Shown here: positions 7,885 to 17,600 of the stretch, in pieces | Position numbering within the stretch: the first letter of the stretch is position 1 | How the letters are laid out: each line of letters opens with the position of its first letter | NCBI RefSeq assembly: GCF_018336915.1 | Contig: NZ_CP064923.1 | Location: forward strand, 4,260,001 to 4,292,000 | Length of the DNA: 32,000 nucleotides | Direction: 5' to 3' | Source of the DNA: Acaryochloris marina S15 | GTDB lineage: Bacteria; Cyanobacteriota; Cyanobacteriia; Thermosynechococcales; Thermosynechococcaceae | Notes under the pieces: model-generated | What the model was told of the DNA's origin: nothing | The model's database searches: none | The model's input: the letters and a program-made list of their open reading frames with translations, nothing else | Translations under genes and position numbers: made by a program

Positions 7885-10614
7885 TTAAGTCTTCGTTTTG
7901 AGAGACAGAGCGTTATCAACCAGATTAGTAATTTGATCGAATTGAAACCCTCTAAATAGCTTCATCAGTTTCGTGGTCAACTTGGGATAGTCAGTCGTGA
8001 TTTCTGCTAATTGTTGACTAACCCACTCCTCATCCAGTTCAATCGCCGCTTGTTGCAACTGAGTGAGCCATTCCACAGAATGCTGAGATAGCTGTAATTC
8101 CGCATCATGATCGCTTATTAGCGGAGTATCCTGGTCTTCGGGGAAAGTGATAGCTTGCCCCTGATCCTCCGACAAGAACTTCAGGTTGAGATGTTGAGCG
8201 AGTAGCTCAAATAACCTGCTGGGTTGATAGGGTTTGCACAGAAAATCATCACAGCCAGCTTCTTCGCATTCAGCTTGGGTATCTTCGAATACACTCGCTG
8301 TTACCGCAATAATAATGGTACGTGAAGCAGACATTTCTGTCCTGGAGACCGCACTCGGAGAAATAACATCAGCTTTCTGAGTACCCTGAGACTCTAGGGA
8401 ACGAATGGCCCTGGTCGCCTCATAGCCATTCATGACAGGGAGTTGCCAATCCATCCAAATTATCTGAGGATGCCAGGCTTGCCAACAGTCGACGGCTGCT
8501 TGGCCATTTTCGACCGTCTGCACCTCAAATCCCACATCCGTCATCAGCTGCTTTAGAATTTGCCGATTCTCTAAATTATCTTCAACAATGAGCATGCGGA
8601 TGGGAGCTTGGTCAGGAGCAAGGCCTGTCACATTCGTATAGCGATGTTCTTCAACCTCATCCGTATCTGGAATCACCACAGGAATCTGCACCAATACGGT
8701 CGTCCCCTGTCCTGGCTGACTCTGGACCTGAATATCACCCTTCATCAGGTGGATGAAGTGACGACAAATCGCCAGGCCTAACCCTGTGCCGTCTTGTGAG
8801 CGTTGCCCCGATGGCGTTTGGATAAAGGCTTCAAAAATACCAGCGAGTTGGTTGTTCGCTATTCCTATTCCCGTATCTTCAACTTCAAAGCATAGAGAAA
8901 GGTTAGGTTGAGGGTTCTCTTGATGGGAAGTCAACGACTCGGGTGAGGGCTGGGTAAAAGCCCTCAAGGTAACGGAGCCAACATCTGTAAAGTTCAAGGC
9001 GTTGGTCAGCAGATTAATTAACACTTGCCTGAGCCTGCTTTCATCAATACGGATATAGGGTGGTAATTGGCTTGATTTTTGGATGTTTAGAACTAATCCC
9101 TTCGATTTGGCTTTCAAGGCAAACATTTCTTGCAGGGAATCTAGCAGGTGGAGGAGGTCACAGTTCTGAAGATTGAGAGATATTTTTCCCGCTTCAATCT
9201 TGGACATATCCAAAACATCATTGATTAAATTCAGCAGATGAGAGCCGCTCCGATTAATGGTGTTAAGAGTTTGTTTCTGTTCAATGGTCAGGTTTTCATC
9301 CCGAGCTAGGAGTTGGCTAAACCCCAAAATGGCATTGAGGGGGGTTCTTAACTCATGGCTCATATTGGCTAAAAAAGCACTTTTTGCCTGATTCGCAGCT
9401 TCTGCTTTATTCTTTGACTCTCGCAGTTGGTTGAGTAGTTCTGACTGTTGCAAAGCCACCCCCAACTGGGCACCCGCTTGTTTCAGGAGGTACAGCTCTA
9501 CCTGGTGCCATGAACGAGGCTGGTGGAGTTGGTATGCCGCTAATAACCCCCAGAGGGTTTCACCGATAAAAACGGGGACAACCATATAGGCTCTAATCTG
9601 AAACCATTCCAGGATCTCTATGTGGCAGTCTGTATAGGATTGTTGGTAAATATCAGTAACCACTGTCGTGGCATTATCTCGGTATTTCCCACCCTGATTT
9701 TCCTGTAAATAAGTATCCTGCCAGGTGGTCGGCACATCTATTTCTGATAGGGGCGATAGGTTGGGCGCGGTGGCCTCAACCAGAAATTTCCCGGACCAAT
9801 CTGGAAAGAATTGGTAGACGACGACGCGATCGCATCCCAAAGACTCACGTACATCATGGGTCGTTGCCCGAAAAATATCCTCAATATCTAAACTTTGGCG
9901 AATCCGCAGAACAATTTCAGCAATATTGCGCTCATACCTGGCTTTCCAAGCCTCTTGTTCTTTCTGCACCTCAACTTGCTGGAGGGCAATTTGTAATTGT
10001 TGGGATTTACCCAATGCCTGCTCATACAATTCTGCTTGATTTAGAGCGATACCGAGCTGAATCGCAATTTGCTCCATAAATTCTATTTCTGAGAATAGCC
10101 ATACCCGAGGTCCTGAGCACTGATGCAGACATAGCAATCCCCAGAGCTGATCGCCTTGAAGTAGGGGAAGAACTAAGGTGGCCCGAACTTGAAACCGCTC
10201 ATAAATCTGAATATGGCAATCACTTAGACCCGCCGTATAAATATCAGAAACTGCAAATACTCGACCCAATTGATATTTATCAGCGTAATTCTCGCTAAAG
10301 CGATCATCTGTTACTCGCGCAGCCACTACGGAGTAATAGACTGGAACAACTTTTTCTGCTACAAAAACACCTTGTCTATAATCGGTGGCAGGATCGAACT
10401 GAAAAATAGCAACTCGATCTGTTTTTAGTACATCTTGAATTTTGTCAACAGCAATCTGAAAGATGGTATTGGTATCGAGCTTTTTCTGAATCTCATTAGT
10501 CACCTCTCTCAATAAAGTAGATTGCTGCAGCAACGTTTCTAACTGGATGTCACAGCTTAGAGTCTCTTCTTCATCTTGGGGTAGATGGAAAGGGTCAGGT
10601 GCAGATCCAGTCAT
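7885..10614 (-). CDS. Soluble hybrid sensor histidine kinase: GAF-GAF-HisKA-HATPase-REC plus a C-terminal helical extension
   Basis: 909 aa with no TM segment. Two GAF-like blocks (…DRVAIFQF…LWGLLCLHQC…; …DRVVVYQF…LWGLLAAYQLH…). H-box FLANMSHELRTPLNAILG, N/G boxes NLLTNALNFT and DTGIGI..GTGLGLAI, and a receiver domain MLIVEDN...IIWMDWQLPVMNG...AVTA. Confidence 0.9.
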   Translation of the reverse strand: MTGSAPDPFHLPQDEEETLSCDIQLETLLQQSTLLREVTNEIQKKLDTNTIFQIAVDKIQDVLKTDRVAIFQFDPATDYRQGVFVAEKVVPVYYSVVAARVTDDRFSENYADKYQLGRVFAVSDIYTAGLSDCHIQIYERFQVRATLVLPLLQGDQLWGLLCLHQCSGPRVWLFSEIEFMEQIAIQLGIALNQAELYEQALGKSQQLQIALQQVEVQKEQEAWKARYERNIAEIVLRIRQSLDIEDIFRATTHDVRESLGCDRVVVYQFFPDWSGKFLVEATAPNLSPLSEIDVPTTWQDTYLQENQGGKYRDNATTVVTDIYQQSYTDCHIEILEWFQIRAYMVVPVFIGETLWGLLAAYQLHQPRSWHQVELYLLKQAGAQLGVALQQSELLNQLRESKNKAEAANQAKSAFLANMSHELRTPLNAILGFSQLLARDENLTIEQKQTLNTINRSGSHLLNLINDVLDMSKIEAGKISLNLQNCDLLHLLDSLQEMFALKAKSKGLVLNIQKSSQLPPYIRIDESRLRQVLINLLTNALNFTDVGSVTLRAFTQPSPESLTSHQENPQPNLSLCFEVEDTGIGIANNQLAGIFEAFIQTPSGQRSQDGTGLGLAICRHFIHLMKGDIQVQSQPGQGTTVLVQIPVVIPDTDEVEEHRYTNVTGLAPDQAPIRMLIVEDNLENRQILKQLMTDVGFEVQTVENGQAAVDCWQAWHPQIIWMDWQLPVMNGYEATRAIRSLESQGTQKADVISPSAVSRTEMSASRTIIIAVTASVFEDTQAECEEAGCDDFLCKPYQPSRLFELLAQHLNLKFLSEDQGQAITFPEDQDTPLISDHDAELQLSQHSVEWLTQLQQAAIELDEEWVSQQLAEITTDYPKLTTKLMKLFRGFQFDQITNLVDNALSLKTKT

Positions 10615-10978
10615 ATTTAAGATCTCTCCATCACAGGTAGTTGAGGATCGAGAACACTTCAGGTTTAACTGTGATCATGACCACCCTAATATTGCTTAAA
10701 CGACTTAACGCATCTCTATCAGGAGCATCTAATTTATAAGCTATATATAAGAACTTCACTCGGCAATCAGAAAAGCCATTAAAAAAAAGTTAGCTATATC
10801 GCCAACCTGACAATCAGCATTTTAAAACTAAAATTCTCCACAAAAAGAGATCATATATATAGTTTTGCCACTGAAAAATTAATCAATTCATAACAACTTA
10901 ATAAGATCCTTACCTTGCATTAAGCAGTGCACATTCTAGCTTGTTTTATTGAATTTGAGTAGAGACAATCTACTAGAT

Positions 10979-11023
10979 AGACAAAGATTTCACTAAAAAT
11001 TTTTATGCCAGAAATCTTTGTCT
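10979..11023. repeat. Nested perfect palindrome in an AT-rich intergenic region
   Basis: AGACAAAGATTTC (10979-10991) and GAAATCTTTGTCT (11011-11023) are perfect 13-bp inverted repeats, extendable to about 18 bp with one bulge. The 19-nt spacer itself contains the palindrome TAAAAATTTTTA. Confidence 0.7.
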
Positions 11024-11404
11024 TCTAGCCTTAACATCAACCACCTATCTGTCCTATCTAAATACTCCTCACCAAGCTAAGATTTTTACTTTAAATCTGG
11101 CTTAAAATCTCCAACATCAAGCATTATCAATTAGCATCTAAATCAACTGAAGAGTTGAAAGTCAGTCCATGCACAATTGATAGGTGTGATAAAAATACGC
11201 TTTACCAAATCTCAGTCGATCAACCTGTGCCTAATCAACGAGGCTGATAGGGTACACATCAAGTCGAAACAGCATTGTAGGGAATGAGAAGCAATACACC
11301 TCTATCCAGGAAAACGCAGTACTGATATTCCACCAAGACTGGAACAACACACTTTCCCCAACGGATTACTATAAAGGTAGTCCTGACGTTGCCATTAAAA
11401 AGGG

Positions 11405-12067
11405 ATGCCTCAATCTGATCCCAATCGAATACTACGTTTACTACCCTTTGTTGTCGGAGGACTGGGGGGTACTTTACTCATGGTTAATCGCCTCCTTACC
11501 CCCAGTTTGACGACATCCCAGGCCCGCTCTGATGCCGTCGGCGTCATTATCAGTGCCGTATTGATTCTGACTGGATTGCTCTGGCAGCGAGTTCAACCGC
11601 GATCACCCGAGGCCGTCGAGCTGATCGGAGAGCAGGGCATTGAGTTTGCACCTAATTTATCAGAAACGGCTAAAACCGAGTTGGCATGGGCTTCTCATAT
11701 CCTGCTCACCAATACCGTTACCAAATCTGTGGTGATTTGGTATCGCGATCAGGTATTGCTCCGACGAGGGGTATTAGGACCCATCTCAACGGTGAAACCT
11801 GGTGCCATTGTTGAGCGGGTTTTGAGCACCGAAAAAGCGGTCTATTTAGTCGCCCTAAAGCTTTACCCAGGCAGGGTTGAGTTCGATTATCTTCCTGAAA
11901 ATACTCAGGGCGTGATCTGCCAGCCCATTGGTAACGAAGGCGTCCTTATTTTAGGCGCCAATGTCCCCCGCAGCTACACCAATCAGGACGAAGCATGGGT
12001 AAGTGCGATCGCAGATAAATTAGACAATACTCTTAGCCAACAAGAATCAACCCCCATCTCTGGATAA
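11405..12067 (+). CDS. Two-TM membrane protein, probably CCB2/CCB4-like (cofactor assembly of complex C subunit B family); family call is tentative
   Basis: 220 aa. The N-terminus RILRLLPFVVGGLGGTLLMVNRLL and a second TM AVGVIISAVLILTGLLW are followed by a soluble domain. The architecture resembles the cyanobacterial/plastid CCB family as I recall it; not verifiable here. Confidence 0.55.
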   Translation: MPQSDPNRILRLLPFVVGGLGGTLLMVNRLLTPSLTTSQARSDAVGVIISAVLILTGLLWQRVQPRSPEAVELIGEQGIEFAPNLSETAKTELAWASHILLTNTVTKSVVIWYRDQVLLRRGVLGPISTVKPGAIVERVLSTEKAVYLVALKLYPGRVEFDYLPENTQGVICQPIGNEGVLILGANVPRSYTNQDEAWVSAIADKLDNTLSQQESTPISG

Positions 12068-12618
12068 TGTCTGTGGACTTTTTAAGCGCGCTCCAAGACC
12101 AGCAAATCATTCTGTACTGGATCCTAATCGCCGTCATGATCGTCGGCGTTATCGGCTCCGTTGTACCTGCTTTGCCGGGATCTAGTCTGGTGTTAGTCGC
12201 CATTTTGCTGTGGGGCTTAGTGGTAGGCTTTGGCAAAATTGGCGTGGCATTGGGGGTAGCCATCGCTGTCCTCGTTGTCAGTACAGCCGTAGATTTTCTA
12301 GCAACCTTTTGGGGAGCGAAAAAAGCCGGGGTTAGCCGGTGGGGGCAAATTGGCGCAATGGTAGGTTTAGTAGCGGTTTTATTCGGTCTTTTACCCCCTG
12401 CTCTAGTGGTAGGTGGTCCCATTATCGGTCTACTGATTGGGCCGTTTATTGGTGCGTTTATTGGCGAGTTTTTATATCGGCGCAACTTCAAACAAGCCCT
12501 AAAAGCCTCAGTAGCAGTCGTTGCTAGCTCTTTGATTGGTAATTTAATTCAGGGAGTATTGGCTCTAGGAGCAGTCATTGTCTTCCTTCTCACAACATGG
12601 TCAAGTGTTATGGGTTGA
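12067..12618 (+). CDS. DUF456-like small integral membrane protein
   Basis: 183 aa, Gly/Val/Ile-rich with four or more TM segments, and a VVPALPGSSLV motif near the N-terminus. The start overlaps the upstream stop (TAATG), indicating translational coupling. Confidence 0.7.
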   Translation: MSVDFLSALQDQQIILYWILIAVMIVGVIGSVVPALPGSSLVLVAILLWGLVVGFGKIGVALGVAIAVLVVSTAVDFLATFWGAKKAGVSRWGQIGAMVGLVAVLFGLLPPALVVGGPIIGLLIGPFIGAFIGEFLYRRNFKQALKASVAVVASSLIGNLIQGVLALGAVIVFLLTTWSSVMG

Positions 12619-12821
12619 GATACGACCCAGACAAGCACAACTGTTCAAGCATCTTGCACAACAGGCTGATGACACGACCCATATTGAGCAGAACAAGCAG
12701 GGAAGCCTGATCACCACTTACGAGAATTAGTAGATGCTGGTTGATGTAGATTAATACATCTGCAAGAAGCTAGATAGTTCTGAAAGCTTCACCCATAAAA
12801 CACACACTCTTTTAGATAGAA

Positions 12822-14585
12822 CCGACATTCAGCAGGTACTAACCATCAAGGGATAATTTTGAGGTTGTCTCTCAACGCAAGTCCATGTATTCACCTCAAG
12901 AGATAGACGTTCAGGATATTGACCATCTCGGTATTATTGCCGGTATCGTCGATGAGATCGGCATTGTCGAAATAGTGGATCGATTATTAGGTACTCACGA
13001 GCAAGAGAATGTTAGTTGTGGTCAAGTTGTCAAAGCCCTGATTCTAAATGGTATGGGCTTTTTGAGTGCTCCATTGTACTTATTTAGTGAGTTTTTCGAA
13101 AGCAAAGCAACCGAGCACTTACTCGGTCAAGGTGTACTGCCAGAGCACCTCAACGATACCCGTATCGGTCGAGTCCTCGACAAGCTCTATGCCTATGGTG
13201 TGACCCAGATATTTATCCATGTGGCAATGGCAGTCGTTCAGAAATTCGATGTAGCTCTAAGGTGTGCGCATCTAGATGCGACAAGCCTTAGTGTTGAGGG
13301 GCAATACTTAGATAAACCACAGGTTGAGGCGTCAGACGAATCCCCCTCTGCACCTGAGTCCCCCTCCCCTGCACTGGCTGAATCAGAGGAGCCGATACCC
13401 GTGAAAATCACCTACGGCTACTCACGGGACAATCGTCGTGATCTCAAGCAGTTTGTATTGAACCTACTGGTGAGTGGGGACGGGGGTATTCCTTTATTTT
13501 TACAAGTGGGCAACGGTAATGATGCGGACAAAAGTACGTTTGTGCCTATCATCCATGAATTTAAGCAACAGTGGAGTCAGCAACAGCCAGAGGTGATTGT
13601 TGCTGATAGTGCCCTCTACAGTGCCGACAATCTGCAAGCATTAGGAAGTACATCTTGGATTAGCCGAGTTCCAGCAAGTTCAACGGCAGCCCAAGACTTA
13701 TTACAAGGGCTGCCGGGTTCACAGTTTCACCCCAGTGCTCTCAACGGCTATAGCTTTGTCGAAGTATGTAGTACCTATGGAGAGATTCAACAACGGTGGC
13801 TGGTGGTTGAAAGTAAAGCTCGCAGAGACTCTGGACTCAAACAAGTGCAAAAGCGGATTGATCAGGCGTTTAGCCAAAAAACTACTGCACTTAAAACCCT
13901 CTGCAAACAGACCTTCTTGTGCCCTGCAGATGCTTTAGCTGCAGCCCAAGATTTTGGCAAAATCCTCAGGTATCACACCCTTGACGATCTCAAAATCCAC
14001 AAAAAACCTCATTATTCAAAGGCTGGACGACCGACAAAAGCAACGGTTGTGACTCACTACACCTATTCTATTGAGGCTACCTTAACCCTCAATGAGCCAG
14101 TCATCGAACGCTATCGGCGGCAAGCAGGTCGTTTCATCTTAGCCACCAATCTCTTGGAACAAGAGCAATGGAGCAATGATGATATTCTGCGCGAGTATAA
14201 GAACCAGCAGGCGTGTGAAGGAGGCTTTCGCTTTATCAAAGATCCACTCTTCTTTGCCTCTAGTGTTTTCCTGAAGACACCTCGGCGTATCGCTGCCTTA
14301 GCCATGATCATGGCCTTGTGTTTGATGGTCTACAGCTTAGGACAACGACAGTTAAGAAATGCACTAGAACAAGTACAAACAACTCTCCCTAATCAGAAGG
14401 GGAAACAAACTATGAAACCTACGTTACGTTGGATTCTCCAATGCTTTCAGGCCGTCCATTTAGTTTGGCTTGATGGTGCCAAGCATCTCATCAAGCTCAA
14501 CAGCAGGCAGCAACTTATCTTGCCGTTCCTTGGGAAGGGCTGTAAAAAATATTATCTGCTCTGCTAGCTAGCCTGCTGAATGTAG
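12822..14585 (+). mobile_element. IS1634-group (IS4 superfamily) insertion sequence, apparently intact, about 1.76 kb
   Basis: Terminal inverted repeats are CCGACATTCAGCAGG (12822-12836) and CCTGCTGAATGTAG (14572-14585), with a 12-bp perfect core. It is flanked by the direct repeat GATAGAA at 12815-12821 and 14586-14592, and carries a single 560-aa transposase ORF. Confidence 0.75.
12885..14567 (+). CDS. IS1634-family DDE transposase
   Basis: The N-terminus VQDIDHLGIIAGIVDEIGIVEIVDRLLG is typical of the DUF4277/IS1634 N-terminal region. Candidate DDE residues lie in HLDATSLSVEG and VADSALYSADN, and there is a C-terminal Y-x2-Q-x3-E-x6-K block (YKNQQACEGGFRFIK). The full-length ORF has no internal stops. 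Confidence 0.9.
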   Translation: MYSPQEIDVQDIDHLGIIAGIVDEIGIVEIVDRLLGTHEQENVSCGQVVKALILNGMGFLSAPLYLFSEFFESKATEHLLGQGVLPEHLNDTRIGRVLDKLYAYGVTQIFIHVAMAVVQKFDVALRCAHLDATSLSVEGQYLDKPQVEASDESPSAPESPSPALAESEEPIPVKITYGYSRDNRRDLKQFVLNLLVSGDGGIPLFLQVGNGNDADKSTFVPIIHEFKQQWSQQQPEVIVADSALYSADNLQALGSTSWISRVPASSTAAQDLLQGLPGSQFHPSALNGYSFVEVCSTYGEIQQRWLVVESKARRDSGLKQVQKRIDQAFSQKTTALKTLCKQTFLCPADALAAAQDFGKILRYHTLDDLKIHKKPHYSKAGRPTKATVVTHYTYSIEATLTLNEPVIERYRRQAGRFILATNLLEQEQWSNDDILREYKNQQACEGGFRFIKDPLFFASSVFLKTPRRIAALAMIMALCLMVYSLGQRQLRNALEQVQTTLPNQKGKQTMKPTLRWILQCFQAVHLVWLDGAKHLIKLNSRQQLILPFLGKGCKKYYLLC

Positions 14586-14683
14586 GATAGAAGAATTCCA
14601 AGTTCTACGGAGACCTTAAAATTCTTCTACTATTTTCAGATCATGAATCTGAGCTAATCACGATTATTCGTCACTTCTAACTC

Positions 14684-17600
14684 TCAAGCTTGTCGAGGAT
14701 TCTCAATCACCATAAATACATTTGCATTGAGTAAGTCTGCACCGACCCCTGTAAAGAAGGCCAGCTGATCGCCCGTACTTGCAACGCTTACCAAGGAACT
14801 GTGCCCTACAGATGTAATCTTGAGGTCATCAAATGAGAGCTGTTCGGCCATCAAGCTCACCTTGTCAACTGCCCCATCAAAATCGGCAATGACATCTCTC
14901 CCTTTCCCAGGTTCAAGGACAAAAGTATCTGACCCAGCTCCACCAACCAGCAGATCTTTACCGTTTCCACCTCGTAATAAATCATGACCATCGCCACCAA
15001 GGAGATAGTCACGACCATGGCCTCCTAGCAACTCATCATCACCTGATCCTCCCTTGAGAGTATCCTCGCCCCCATTGCCCTGAATATGATCATCACCACC
15101 ACGCCCAAGCAGAAGATCGTCACCTCGAAGCCCTCTTATGGTGTCATCTCCATCCATACCGACAAGCCTGTCATGGCCATGAGTCCCATGCAGAACTTTG
15201 CCAGAGCTAGTATTTTCTTCGCCATCCCCAGAGTTATTCTCATTACTCTCATCTGCGTCATCATCCGAATCATTGTCTTCATTCAAGAAGTCATCATTCA
15301 AAATAGTTGTGGTAGCAGAATCAGTACTGATGGTTGCGGTGCCAGGAGCAGTGGCATTCGCAAGGGACACCACAATAGTTTCATCAGGTTCTACATGCGT
15401 GTCGCCTAATACATCAAGGGTGATAGTTTTGCTAGTTTCATCGACACCAAAATTGATCGTGCCAGTTAAACCAGCAGCGCCACTCGTGCCCCCAATATTA
15501 TTGAAATCTTCGGAATTGGTCGCTGTGCCACCAAAAGTAAAGTCAACACTGCTAGCGTTTTGAGTAGAGCCAGTGCGGGTGACCGTGAAGGTGACTTGCT
15601 GGGCACCATTATCTCCTTCAGTAAGACTGACTGCACTTGTTGCGATGGAATAGTCAATATCAGCAAGTGGGGGCGGCGGAGCATCATCGTTCAAGATAGT
15701 TGTAATAGCAGAGTCAGTACTAATGGTTGCTGTGCCAGAAGCAGTCCCATTGGCAAGGGACACAATGATGGTTTCATCGGACTCAATAGTAGTGTCGCCC
15801 AAGACATCTAAGGTGATCGTTTTGCTGGTTTCATCTGCACCAAAATTAATAGTCCCAGTTAGTCCTGAAGCACCACTGCTTCCACCAATGTTGTTGAAAT
15901 CTTCAGCGTTAGTTGCTGTGCCACCCAGTGTAAAGTCGATGCTGCTGGCATCTTGAGTCGCACCTGTTCGGGTCACTGTGAAGGTAACTTGTTGTGCCCC
16001 ACTATCTCCTTCTGTGACCGTGACTGCACTCGTCGCTATAGCGTAATCAATATCAGCGGGTGGAGGGGGTGCAGTGTCATCATTCAAGATGGTTGTGGTA
16101 GCAGAGTCAGTACTGATGGTTGCGGTACCAAGGGCAGTCCCATTGGTAAGGGACACAATGATAGTTTCATCTGGCTCAATAGTAGTGTCGCCCAAAACAT
16201 CTAGGGTGATCGTTTTACTAGTTTCATCAGCTCCAAAATTGATCGTTCCAGTTAATCCAGAAGCACCACTGCTTCCACCAATATTATTGAAATCTTCGGA
16301 ATTGATCGCTGTGCCACCAAAACTGAAATCAATGCTGCTGGCATCTTGCGTGGCACCTGTTCGAGTCACTGTGAAGGCAACTTGTTGTGCTCCACTATCT
16401 CTTTCTGTGACCGTGACTGCACTCGTTGCTATAGCGTAATCAATATCAGCAGGCGGGGGAGGTGGTGCATCGTCATTCAAGATGGTTGTGGTAGCAGAGT
16501 CAGTACTGATGGTTGCAGTACCAGGAGCAGTGGCGTTTGAAAGGGACACCACAACAGTCTCATCGGGCTCAATATCCGTATCACCTAGAACATCAAGAGT
16601 GATGGTTTTGCTGGTTTCATCTGCACCAAAATTAATCGTTCCAGTTAATCCAGAAGCACCACTGCTTCCACCAATATTATTGAAATCTTCGGAATTTATT
16701 GCTGTGCCACCAAGTGTAAAGTCGATACTGCTAGCATCTTGAGTCGCACCTGTTCGGGTCACTGTAAAGGTAACTTGCTGTGCCCCACTATCTCCTTCTG
16801 TGACTGTGACTGCACTTGTCGCTATGGCGTAATCAATATCAGTCGGTGGAGGGGGTGCAACGTCATCGTTCAAGATAGTTGTGGTGGCAGTATCAGTACT
16901 AATGGTTGCGATGCCAGAAGCAGTTGCGTTTAAAAGGGACACCACAACAGTCTCATCAGACTCAATATCCGTATCACCCAAAACATCTAAGGTGATCGTT
17001 TGACTAGTTTCATCTGCACCAAAATTGATAGTCCCAGTTAAACCAGAAGCACCACTAGTTCCACTAATATTGTTGAAATCTTCAGTGTTAGTTGCTGTGC
17101 CACCAAGTGTAAAGTCGATGCTGCTGGCATCTTGAGTGGCACCTGTTCGGGTGACAGTAAACGTGACTTGTTGAGAGCCACTATCCCCTTCCGTGACAGT
17201 AACTGCACTTGTCGCTATGGCGTAATCAATATCAGCTGGTGGAGGGGGCGCAGTATCATCATTCAAGATAGTTGTGATGGCAGAGTCAGCGCTGATGGTT
17301 GCGGTGCCAGGAGCAGTGGCATTGGCAAGTGAAACCACAACAGTCTCATCTGGCTCAATATCCGTATCACCCAAAACATCTAGGGTGATAGTTTGACTAG
17401 TTTCATCTGCACCAAAATTGATAGTCCCAGTTAAACCAGAAGCACCACTGCTTCCACCAATGTTGTTGAAATCTTCAGTGTTAGTTGCTGTGCCACCAAG
17501 TGTAAAGTCGATACTGCTGGCATCTTGAGTCGCACCTGTCCGAGTCACTGTGAAGGTAACTTGTTGTGCTCCACTATCTCCTTCTGTGACAGTAGCTGCA

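Noticed and set aside
7609-7919. Short ORFs (80 aa plus strand, 86 aa minus strand) at the convergent junction of the CDF and kinase genes.
   Set aside because: They overlap the 3' ends of two well-supported genes in alternative frames. There is no independent evidence for them.
8200-8260. Possible HPt phosphotransfer domain at the kinase C-terminus.
   Set aside because: I found no HxxKG-type motif in the last roughly 100 residues, so I did not annotate an HPt domain. The tail is reported as an unassigned module instead.
12033-12491. 152-aa minus-strand ORF rich in Pro, Thr, Ala and Lys.
   Set aside because: It is antisense to the DUF456-like membrane gene. Its composition mirrors the Gly/Val/Ile codons of that gene read on the opposite strand.
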